Origin: Podarcis muralis
Lineage: Eukaryota
Reading direction: 5' to 3'
DNA: 64,000 bases
NCBI RefSeq assembly: GCF_964188315.1
Contig: NC_135667.1
Span: 16,182,001 to 16,246,000, forward strand
The notes beneath the pieces were generated by a model. It was not told the origin of the DNA, did no database searches, and worked only from the letters and a program-made list of their open reading frames with translations. Both the position numbers and the translations under genes were made by a program. Below, piece by piece: positions 35,600-45,971 of this stretch (position 1 is the stretch's first letter; the number at the start of each line of letters is the position of its first letter).

Positions 35600-36700
35600 T
35601 CAGCAAAGATAACAAGGAATGCAAAAGTGCCATGGCTCTGAACAAGAAAGAAAGCTACTTCACTATCAGAGAATGAGGGTAAAGGATACCTTAACTGAAA
35701 AAGAAACCATAGGTCCCAGCTTGGTTCCAAAAGCCTTAAAACTATCCAGAGAAGGACAAGACCTCCTGACTGAAATTAATCAAAGCATAGCTAAAATGCA
35801 TGAGGATTTGCTTCAAAATGGGATGCAAAAATAAAATCATTAGAGGCTAGCATTGTTGATCTGACAGCCCAAATGGCAGATACCTGCAAGTGAGGCCCTG
35901 AATATGGGCATTGAACATCAAAGCAGCCTGGACTGACTTCAAAGAGAACTGAACATTTCCCCTCAAAAGGAGTTTTATTGGGGTTTCAGACAAGTGGAAA
36001 GGTTAAAAGTCAATAGTCTTCAGAAGGGTTTTGGGTTTGATGGGGAAAATTTACTAAGCATACATGGAACTGTAAAAACTGAGGAAGGAATGCTGAAATA
36101 ATACTGTAACTTATAATTTTTCAAACAATTTTTATCATAGCAGATGGTAATTAAAATTATATTGCTAACATCACAGGGGTCTAGGCTCTCCAGTGAAGGG
36201 TATTTGCAGAATTAAACCATAATAACCTGACTCTCTTTTTTGTATTACAGCAAATTCATTTAAATTAATTGCAATATTTTTGCACCAAAAAAAGTTTTCA
36301 TGGAAATTAAGCACTACTCTGTTACAAAACACATTACCTTGAAACAACTGACAAGAGGTATTAAAACAATTTTGAACTAAATCATTCTGTTCCATCTAAA
36401 ACATGGAAAAGGAACACAAATGTGAAGGATTGCCAGAGATTTTGTAAAATTTTACCAGGGAAGAGTAGAAGTAGAAATGTCAGAAACTGGAAAAATAACT
36501 ACAATGCAATTTGGATGCCCAAAACAACTAGCAAAAAATGGATATACCAAAAGAATAGTTTTATTTGAGCTTCTGTATACCCTGTCTGGTTTATTATTAT
36601 CGATTATTTGTTTGCATTATAAAATATATATATTTGTATTGTGTATTATTTGAATTATGAAATAATACGAGCACGGGGCATCCAGAAAGTATAAAACAAT
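35600..36700 (+). mobile_element. Possible highly degenerate L1-like LINE remnant in PRR14 intron 1
   Basis: A-rich on the plus strand with broken coiled-coil-like reading frames. No diagnostic motif was confirmed. Confidence 0.3.
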
Positions 36701-37049
36701 GCATCTACATAAGAATATGAATCATTGCCAAAATATAATATTGACTGTCCTTGACTCTTCCTGCCACACTTGTCATCCCCTCATGCCACACCCTTTGATA
36801 ACCACACACACAAACGCTTATTAAAAACCTACGGAAGTGGAGACATCATCCCATCTGCTCCTGCCTCTCACCATCCCTGGTGATGGACCCTTGGTGCGTT
36901 CAAAAGGTGAGGATGTGGGGCATGTGGAAAAAGGGAAACCATAACCCAGGGTTGCACCTGACCCAACGATCCCTCCCAGAACTGGATTTCAGTGGCAATT
37001 CTAGGATGCTGGAGGAAAGGGGTCTGCTGTCTATTCAGGATCCCTTTCT

Positions 37050-38400
37050 CTCTCCCCCCCCCCCCAGTCCTGCTTCGCAGCCTAGGTTCACCCGCCACAC
37101 AGGTAAGCACGGGCACCGTCAGGCCCCTCTTTCTCTTGGGGGTCGCCTCCTAACTATCCCCACCGCCTCAAGATCCGTCCCCTTTAGCTCTCCTGCCGAT
37201 TCCTCCCTCACAGACCTAAAAGGGCCGGCTCCAGAGGAGGAGGCGGTGTGGGGAGGAAGAGCTTGCCTCCGATTACCTGTCGGCTCCTCATCCAGCCCCC
37301 ACCCCCCTGGTGCTCTGCCCTAGGCAGGATCAGCACCGCTCCCTGGCGGGAGGAAAGGCAAGGCGAGTAGAAGCGGAGGCTGCTCCTCTTTCCTCCGAGG
37401 GAGAGCGGCAGCACCAGGCAGAGAAGGCGCCGGGTGGACAGTCCCTCCGCGCACCCCTGACAGCCGGGTTAGGTGTGGGGCTGGACGGTGCCCCCCTCTG
37501 ACTCCTCAGACGCTTCCTCCAGATCCTTCCGCCCTTCTCCTCCCCACCCCACAAAAAACATCCAACTTCATGGGGGTCCCCCCGCCCCAAATATCTGCCC
37601 CCCCCCACATGGTGGCCTTTTGCTCCTTCCACCCCCTCTCGATCCTCCCCACAAGTTGCCCCCTCCCCGCCTCCTCCTTCGCCCCGTAATCCGCCAGGCG
37701 CGCCCGACCCGACACCGGCCGGCCACCCCACCCGGGAGCGGCGCCCCCCTCGCCCGCCCCATCCAGGTCTCACCTCCGCCGCCTCCCTCCCTTCCTGGGG
37801 CTTCTCGCCTGCCTCAGGCAAACAAACTGATAAGCACCCGCATCTCAATGTGAAAAAAATAAAATAAATAAAACTACTCCGCACGCTCGACCCCGCCTTT
37901 ACCGCCTCCTCTCTCCAACTCACCAGCTCGCCCTCTTCCTCCTCCCCTCGCCCTTCTCCAAGCAGCCGCTGGACAGTGCCCGAGCCGTCTCCACATGCAG
38001 CCCACCCAATGGCCATGCGTCTTGTTAATGGTCCCAACCAATAGGCGCGCGGTTTCTTAACCGGCGTCTGGTAGCTACAGCGCCGCCATCGCTGTTCAGG
38101 GCAACAACAAAAAAAGTTGGTCGTAGACTTTTTTGAGTTTGTGTTGCAAAAGGAAGCGGTGCGACCGCCTTCTTCGCTAAAAGGCGTCTGCGCCGTTGAA
38201 GTCAGCAGGCCCGCCATCTCAAGAAAGGGCAGGGAATGAGAAGGAAATAGGAAGGAAAACGTACAGGGCGGTAGCCATTTTGGGTGAGGGCAGAGTCTGG
38301 TTGGCGCCGTTTAAGACGCCGCCATTTGAGGGGAAGACCAGAAATTCAGGCTTTAAAGAAGCCGTGTTTCCATTTTCCAGTTGGATGCGATGGAATAAAG
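37050..38400 (-). promoter_or_regulatory. CpG-island promoter and 5' exons of PRR14
   Basis: CpG-rich. CCAAT at 38006 and 38038. YY1-like GCCAT motifs at 38081, 38211, 38274 and 38317. Minus-strand donors follow positions 37924, 37774 and 37277. Confidence 0.78.
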
Positions 38401-38611
38401 AATAGTAGTTTCCTTGGTTCCTTCCTTCAGGGAGGTCGTTTCATCATACACGCGGTTTTTGAGGGAGATTAATCTCTATTAGGTTAGAATTATAGAATTA
38501 TAGAGCTGGAAGGGACCCCCAAGGGTCATCCAGTCCAACGCCCTGCAATGCAGGAATAAGTTCGTTGTAAGGCAGTGCAAAACACCACACACACATAAAG
38601 ACTAATTTAAT

Positions 38612-38800
38612 ATGTTATTATTATTATTTATTAAATTTCTATACCACCCTTCATCCGAGGATCACATGGTGGTTTACAACATAAAAACACAAAAATACAT
38701 AACATAGTAACAAACAAAATAATACTGCCTCCAACGCACACAGTTTAAAGGGCTATATATTGCTTAATTAGCCAAAGGCCTAGGAGAAGAGGAATATCCG
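38612..38800 (-). mobile_element. L2 LINE 3' tail
   Basis: (TTA)n followed by ttaaatttctataccacccttcatccgaggatcac, the reverse complement of the tail at 39600-39660. Confidence 0.65.
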
Positions 38801-39227
38801 CCTGGAGGAAAAACATTTGTGTTCATATTTTTTTAAAAATGTTGAGGTATGAAGTGCTCACCATCTTGCCAGTTCATTCCCTCCACACTCCTAGGCATGT
38901 CTGCTCAGAAGCAGGCTTCTGCGTCAAAGGAGGCCTCCAAGACAGAATGATCTTTGCCAAGGAATCAGACCGACCAGGATCTGTGCATATTCCCCCTCAT
39001 CTCTCTCTGAAAGTAGTAGTGATGAGTAAAGGTGCACTCCTTACCCCCATTTACCACGTGGAATTCACCTAGACCTATTTCTGAGTAGACATGGTAGGGA
39101 TTGCCAGCTTAGCTTGGGTTAGAAAACTCAGGGGGGAGGAAACTGATTTTCTAGATCCATTTCAACCTGGGTTTCAGCCAGGTTTCGGCACAGACAGAAA
39201 CTGCTTCCAACAGAAGCAGTTTCCAGG

Positions 39228-39663
39228 CCCCATTCAAAGTACTGGTTTTGACCTATAAAGCCTTAAAAGGCTCCTGACCACAATACCTCAAGGACTGGCT
39301 CTCACCCTGCAATCATCCTCCAAGGCCCTTCTGCGTGTGCCTCCTCCAGAAGAAGGTAGTAATATGAGAATGGGCCCTTTCTACAGTGGCTCTGTGTTTG
39401 TGGAGTGCCCTCCCCAAGGTGGTTCGAATGGCACCTTCATTATATACACCTTTAGGTGCCAGGCAACCAGGCCTTGCGCTGATTAACATCCTACACCCTT
39501 TTAAATGTGTTTGTGGGGTGGGGGTAAGGGGAGTTATTAGTTTGTGGTCTTCTTGTCGTTTTTGTAAAACATTTTGTGCTTCATCTTCCATTTTTATGTT
39601 TTGAACCACCCTGAGATTAAAGGATGAAGGGCGGTATACAAATTTCATAACTAAATAAGTAAT
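39228..39663 (+). mobile_element. L2 LINE 3' end
   Basis: ttcaaagtactggttttgacctataaagcctta (FKVLVLTYKAL) ... gaaccaccctgagattaaaggatgaagggcggtatacaaat tail. Confidence 0.7.
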
Positions 39664-39744
39664 GATATCCCTTAGCAAATCTCTGCCCTACACTTGCCCT
39701 TTTCTTGGACGAAGCCTTGCCCGAATGAAGGTACCATTCATTTC

Positions 39745-39845
39745 CCCCATGTGACCCCTTCCCAGACGTTGTTGGACTGCAATTCCCATCATCCCTTGCC
39801 ATTGGCTATGATGGCTGAAGCTGATGGGAGTTGGAGTCTATCAGC
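39745..39845. mobile_element. Partial palindromic hAT MITE abutting the ZNF promoter
   Basis: cagacgttgttggactgcaattcccatcatccc...gctgatgggagttggagtc. Confidence 0.6.
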
Positions 39846-39849
39846 CTCT

Positions 39850-40330
39850 GGCGCGCACCGCGTTGGCTACATCGCTTCACCGGTTCTAAATGATAGCTGC
39901 CTCCGCCCTCCTTCATCTCTCGGATTCGCCCGTCCTCTGCCCTCAGGATCAATGGGGTTTTTTTCTACCCAGACCTTTTCTTTTAAATGTCACCCGCTTG
40001 GGGAAACTACGCCTCCCAGGATGCCGCGCAGATCCAGCCCTCTTCCTCACCGCGCCTTGCGCTGCGTCGGCTAAGTGGGAAAGTGCGCGGCAAGCGCGGC
40101 GCTCGTCCAGGCTGCCCCTCGCGCCGCCCTCGGCCCGCTTGCTGCCCCTGCTATGGCGGCAGGGGCTCCCTCGGCTGTTCCTGCCCGCAGCCCCCCTCGG
40201 TGGCTCGGAGGCCCTGCTGACGGCTCCGTGTACCTCCTCCTGCCCGTCCCTGCTGGAAGTGCCCTGGTGCTAACACCAGGTGAGCATGTGGGGGGTACGG
40301 ACGGAGGGTTTGCTCGGAAACCGGGGCTAA
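39850..40330 (+). promoter_or_regulatory. CpG-island promoter of the 6-finger ZNF gene, with a ZNF143/THAP11-type motif
   Basis: CpG-rich. ACTACGCCTCCCAGGATGC at 40006-40024 fits the ACTACNNNTCCCAGNATGC consensus. A donor follows 40279. Confidence 0.75.
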
Positions 40331-41850
40331 ACTTGACCCAGGGATCTGCCCTAGAATAGCATTTTTAGCCAGGTCTAAAGTCTGGATCTTGAAATGTCTG
40401 CCTATGTGTTAGAAAGTGGGAGATGGACTCGTGTTTGTTTGTGTGCGTGTAAGGGTAGATGAAACTGCACCAGTAGGTTTCCTGAGTAACACTGCAAGCC
40501 TAACCCCATTTACCCGAAAGTAAGCACCACTGAATTCCATAGGCCTTAATTCTGGGTAGGCATGGTTAGGAGACTACGTACTGCAAACCCCACGAAAACC
40601 CTTAACACTGTTTCTCTCTTCATATGGATGCAGCCTACATATTTCATAACCCAGGGGCTTCTTGGTTCTTGTGGTAGATATCACACCGTCTTCCTGTGCA
40701 AATTTTTCTCTTCCCAAGATGTTTTTCAGAGGGATTCCTCATCTTGCAACGCTTAACCCAGGGATGGGGAAACCTGTGGCCCGCCAGATGTTATTGGACT
40801 CCAATCAGCCCAGCCAACATGGCCAATGGTCAAGGATAGTGGATGTTGTGGTCCAGTAGCATCTGGCGGGCCAAAAGCTTCTCCATTCCTCCTTATTCTG
40901 CCTCTTTTCTGTCTGCAGCAGATGGAGCAAATTCTGCCTGGATTCTGTCTCTCCCTGCAGAGAGCAAGAACAAAGTGGAAAACCCACAGGAAGATGGTGC
41001 ACAGCCACGTCCCATTTCCTCAAGTAGCTCCAGCGGGAGTGGAAATAAGGTGCTGCAGAAAGGAGGCTCTGCGAAAGACCAGCCGACTTTTTGTAAAGGG
41101 GACTTGAAGGACCCTCTGCGGGCCTTGTGTGGCAAAACAAAATCCTACAAATGCCCCGACTGCGGGAAAAATTACCGCAGGAGCACAGACCTCTTGAGGC
41201 ACCAGAGGACCCACACGGGAGAAAGGCCTTATCTGTGCCTGGACTGTGGGAAGAGCTTCAGTCGGAGTTCAATCCTCCTGGAGCACCAGAGAATCCATAC
41301 AGGTGAGAAGCCATACAAATGCAGCCACTGCGGGCAAGGATTTAGCCAGAGCTCCAACTGTAAGCAGCATGAGAGGACTCATGGGAAGGAGAAAAGGAGT
41401 GACCCAATACACTGGGGATCAACTTGGCAAAGGACAGAGGTTCAGAGGCGTGGGCCTAAAAGCCTGAAAAGAATTGATGAAGGTGCAAAAGCTGGACTCA
41501 GATCTCAGTCTCCAGGGGGAAGTTCCTCATGGAGCTCAAAGATGGTGATGAAGTATCAGAAAAGCCATAGGATGGAGAAGCCCTACAGGTGCCCTGAGTG
41601 CGGGAAATGCTTTGCACGTAGCACGGATTTCATCCGGCACCACATTACCCACACAGGAGAAAAGCCCTACACGTGTGTGAAATGTGGCAAGAGTTTTACG
41701 CGCAGCTCGGTCCTCATTGAGCACCAGCGAATCCACACGGGAGAGAGGCCCTACAAGTGTCGGCTGTGCGGAAAGGGCTTCAGTCAGAACTCTAACCGTA
41801 ACCAACACGAGACAATCCACCAGGCTAAGAAATCTCCTGACGCTTCCTGA
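40153..41850 (+). CDS. C2H2 zinc-finger protein with 6 fingers in two 3-finger clusters; no KRAB or SCAN domain seen
   Basis: The main exon is an open frame to TGA at 41848-41850 with six C-x2-C-x12-H-x3-H fingers and TGEKP/TGERP linkers. In-frame phase-1 acceptors lie at 40919, 40922 and 40961. A candidate first coding exon, 40153-40279 (gctATGG...CCAG|gtgagc, phase 1), sits in a CpG island. AATAAA is at 42138. The first exon is inferred. Confidence 0.85.
40759..40890. mobile_element. Palindromic hAT MITE in the intron of the 6-finger ZNF gene
   Basis: cagggatggggaaacctgtggcccgccagatg ... catctggcgggccaaaagcttctccattcct, with inverted arms. Confidence 0.7.
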
Positions 41851-42003
41851 GTGGCAGTGGAACTTGTTACTGGGGTGTGGGACTCACTAGAATCCACTTG
41901 GCTGGGGAGAAGGCCTGAAGCGCAAGTCCAAGGGGGTGCAGATGTCCCAAGGCAAATTTGAAGCTATTGTGTGTTAGAATCCAAAATGGTGAGGAAAAGT
42001 CCA

Positions 42004-42093
42004 AGGCTGCAAGTTTATGCCCACTTACTTGGGGCTAAGCCCCACTGAATTAAATGGGACTTACTTCTGAGTAGACATGGGTATGATTGCAGC
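42004..42093. mobile_element. Short fold-back MITE (about 90 bp; gctgcaa...ttgcagc family) in a 3' UTR
   Basis: ggctgcaag...ccacttacttggggctaagccccactgaattaaatgggacttacttctgagtagacatgggtatgattgcagc. Related copies are at about 34120-34220, 40490-40570, 54085-54140 and 55745-55815. Confidence 0.6.
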
Positions 42094-42137
42094 ACTCAAG
42101 TGGTATAGGGGCTTATTTTTATATGAGGTGATTTGTC

Positions 42138-42143
42138 AATAAA
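42138..42143 (+). terminator. Probable polyadenylation signal of the 6-finger ZNF gene
   Basis: First AATAAA after the stop codon at 41850. Confidence 0.55.
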
Positions 42144-43706
42144 AGGTTCTTGCTGCAGAAATCATGAGGAAAACACATGTATCTATGAAAAACCTTACTA
42201 TTGACACTGAGAGGAAATAAATTAATTTTGTTACAAATTATAATATTCTTGTTAATTGTTCTGTGCACCCCAAATGTAAATTCCACTATGTTCAGTGGAA
42301 TGAGTGCCATATTTAGGGTGGTCCAGGCGGTTCCCACACAGGGTGCCAAGCCAAGGGGAAGAAAAATTGAGAATATCCATAATTAAGAAGAATCCTTTGG
42401 GGGTACCAAATTTTGGCCTCACACAGGTGGCCATATTACAAAGATTACTAAAATCCACTTTGGTGGAACTTACTTCTTCCATTCAGAAGTAAGTTCCACC
42501 AGGTAAGTGGGCACAGGAGAGCTGCTTGTTAGAAAACCTTTATAATTTAAATAAAAGAAAGAATACGGAAAAGGAAATAGTACCAGCAGGTGATCTTTTT
42601 CTTTCCCATATAGTGATCATTACTAATGACTGCTGGTACTTAACTCTATTCTAAAAGATAGTGAGAGTGTACAGCCTGATCATATTTCATACAATCTACA
42701 GAAAACTGCAAGAAAGTAACTTGGGTTTCATCACTTCATGGTGGTTGTTTTTAGATTAGAGTAGTAGAAACATTTGCTTGATTAGTCTGAACTTGTCTTG
42801 CATTATACCATATCCTGGCCATACACACAATCACTGCAGCATTTTCTTTTCTTTTCCCATCAGTGAATTTGTTCTGTTACATTTGTACCCTCTTTCACTA
42901 TATATGGCTTGCTAATTTTTTTTTCTAATTTATTTTAACGAAAGCTAAATCTGCTTATTCCATGGTCCTGAAAATAAAAGTGCCTTTGAGGATGTGCATG
43001 CCACCCCAATCTCTGGGCAGTGTGAAATTCCAGGGGTTCCAGGCATTTCCTTCGGGAATGAGGCACAGTGGGGACTGTGGTGTCTTTATGACATATGGTT
43101 TATTTACACATACAGTATATACGACCTGAGCCTACAATGGAGGGGTACACAGCATCTAAGCCCCAAGGAGGTCCTGCTTCTCCCACAGCCCACAGCGTTG
43201 GATTCCAGCATAAATCAGGCCTGGCTCTCGCTCTCTCTGCCCTTGCAGCCTGTAGTTTTTGCCTGCAGCTTCTAGCTCATATCCCTCAACTCTCAACTCT
43301 AGCCTTTTGTATTTCTAAGGAACAGACAGTTGAGAGAGGGAGGCCCACAATCTTTAGTGGGCCATCACCAGGCTGGCCTGGCTATTCCATGCTGGGTCCA
43401 GGCATTAGGAGGAGGTCCAAGCATTCAGACCATCCCCTCTCCTACCAAACTCCTAACACTACAAATATGAGAGTCACATCTGTTGCTCTCCCCATTTTAA
43501 CTCTTGCCTTGCCTACTTTTTGCCTCTGGCCCTGCCCATCATTGATATGTCGCCCCTACAAGGTTGCCCATGAAGTAATGCCGTCAGTCCTCAGACTCAT
43601 GGAAGTTCTCCACCCTGGTCTAGTGTGTTCACTATAGTTCTAGTTCAGATCCCCACCTGCATATGAAGCTGACTGGGTTAGCCTGAGTCAGTCACTCAGC
43701 CTATTC

Positions 43707-43914
43707 CAGGGGTCTGCAACCTTTAAGACAAAAAGAGCCACTTGGACTGAAGGGAAAAAACCTGGGAGCCGCAAAACCATTGTGACATTTAAAACAGTGG
43801 GGAGTGTCGGGGCACACAACGCGCCTCCTCCCCTCGCTAGTATCTGCCCCGGAGCCGCGGCAAAGGTGTAAAAGAGCCACATGTGGCTCCAGAGCCGCGG
43901 GTTGCTAACCCCTG
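43707..43914. mobile_element. hAT (Charlie-like) MITE with a perfect 8-bp TSD, nested in a Squam3-like SINE
   Basis: GCCTATTC|CAGGGGTCTGCAACC ... GGTTGCTAACCCCTG|GCCTATTC. Confidence 0.85.
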
Positions 43915-44150
43915 GCCTATTCCAACAGCTCATAGGGCTGGTGAAGGATAAAATGGGCAGGGGGTGGGGAAAATCATCTGTGGGTCCAGCCATTCCTGCA
44001 TCCTCTCTTGCTAAGAGTTCCAGCTTCTATCACACACGGTAGTTGCCGCCAACCCCTTTTCTGACGACAGGCTTTTGTGCCATTTTAACAGCAGCACAAC
44101 AGGTAGAAATCCAGCAGGTGCTATTTTACCTCTTACTTCAGCCTATTATC

Positions 44151-44205
<55 letters not shown>
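44151..44205. repeat. (ATT)n microsatellite upstream of the ZNF771 promoter
   Basis: Directly visible. Confidence 0.9.
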
Positions 44206-44399
44206 TGGGGGAATGCACACAATTTCTGTTGTTGAAGAGGGCTGTGTGTCATGCACCTTGCCCCCAAGCCCCTTTGTGACTACCCTGCTGATCTCCCTCC
44301 GGGCAGTGGAGTGTCCCGCTGTCCTTGCCCTCAGGCAGCGAAATGTCTTGGGCCGACCTTTGCTCCCAGGCATGTTCCCATGCACTAGTCCCGTGTTAA

Positions 44400-45451
44400 C
44401 GGTGCACCTTCCGGATTCGAACGGACAAGAGGCGATCGTTACTCTGCACATTCTCGGAAGCAGCATTCTCTCCCCGCCTCCCCCCGTCCCTATTCCACGG
44501 CGCGGTTTCTGCAAGAGCTCCCTTGCCACGAGGAAACACGTTTCTTCGGGGTGGCCTCTAGTAGAAGCTCCGGATCAGCGGCTCCGAGTGCTCTCTCTTC
44601 CTCCTCGCCCCCGCCCCTATTTCAAAACCCGAATACTCGTCGCTTGCGGGGCTGGAGAAGGGAGGGAGGACTCCTGGGTCCACCCCCTGCTCGCGTCTGG
44701 CAGGAACAGGCGCCGCTGCTGCAGTTGCCACTCTCCCTGTCTTGCAGACCTCTCCACCAATGAGCGAGAACGAGGCAAGGCAACGTTGGCGAATCTGCGA
44801 GGCGCACCGCCCCTCCGCCACCCTCCTCTCGACGTCTAACATTCTCCCCGTCCGTCCCCCCCCCCCCGCCATCGGAGCTCCCCCTCCCCACTCAGCAGGG
44901 TCTCTTCTCGGGGAGGGAAGAGGCGCAAAAGCGCAGCCGGAGCCGATTCCGCCGCCCATCTCGAGGCGCTTGCCAAAGGGCGAGGAGCCTCCGGATCCCG
45001 TTGATCGGCTGTGCTAGCCACCTCTGCGCCCTCCTCCGCATCATCATCATCTTCATCATCACCCTCGGCAGCCCCACCATTCCTCCCCTGCTCCAGAGAG
45101 GCCCGGGTGAGAGGGGAGGGGAGCCAGCCTGGGTCGCAGGAAGCAGTCACTCCTTGGCTCAACTTCCTTCCCGGACTTGGTACTGGCCCCGGGTGGGGAA
45201 TCCGTCTCCCCTTCCTTACCCAGCCCCTTATCCTGCTGCCAGCTACCCTAACTCTCCATAGGGACGTGGCGGAGAAAAAGGGTGTCTACCACGTGGGTTG
45301 CCAGAAGCAGCTGTTGCTTGGAATAGAGAGAGGTGTGCATCACAGCACAACCCCCCCCCCCGCCTTGGATTTCTAAGACGCAATTAGGCTAAACTTACGG
45401 AGCTAGTGATATTAGCGAGCAGACACACGCCAAGACAGAGAGACAAAAGAG
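44400..45451 (+). promoter_or_regulatory. CpG-island promoter and non-coding 5' exon(s) of ZNF771
   Basis: CpG-rich, with CCAAT at 44757 and no ATG on the plus strand from about 44765 to the strong donor AGAG|GTAAGT after 45451. A possible internal intron runs 45107-45261. Confidence 0.72.
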
Positions 45452-45971
45452 GTAAGTTTTAAGAGCTCGAGACCCCTGGGGGTTGCGGGGAAGGGTGGAG
45501 CTTATTTGGGGCCATGGCCTGCCCAGGGATCCCTGTGCAGTTGTGATACCTACACATTAGTAGTGCTGTGTGCTTCTGAGCATGTGAAGGGTGCAGAAAT
45601 AAGCCAGTCGTTCTCTATGAAGACAGCACTTTGCATCAGGGATTAGTGACAGGATTTCCAGGCAGACTTGAGTCATACCATGGCCTCATCCATCTTCCCA
45701 TACTATATTCAAACCAAGTGGATTCATCCTTGTTCATTGGGGGCAATAGGAAAATAGATCTAAATATCTCCTGAATCTAAGCTAGGTGGTGGCCTCACAG
45801 GGTAGTTGTGAGTCAAAAAAAGCTACCCTGACTTGTAGGGGGTTTGATGGTCTACAAATAAGAGTTGTTTAAAGAGGACTTAATTTTCTAATAACTATGC
45901 CTAGGGTGGAGAGCCTTGGTCACTTACCTTTGTTTCTCCCTCAAAAGCCACTCACTTCCGCACTTAAATTA

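Noticed and set aside
40843-40918. ORF-track start MLWSSSIWRAKSF for the 6-finger gene
   Set aside because: It lies inside an intronic hAT MITE and polypyrimidine tract upstream of the real acceptors.
44540-44570. CTCF-like TGGCCTCTAGTAG (similar weak matches at about 27720 and 50900)
   Set aside because: The match to the consensus is too partial to support without a PWM scan.
44742-45017. ORF with ATG at 44760 (MSENEARQRW...) in the ZNF771 island
   Set aside because: The ATG overlaps the CCAAT box and so probably lies upstream of the start site. The ORF ends inside exon 1 and has no recognisable domain.
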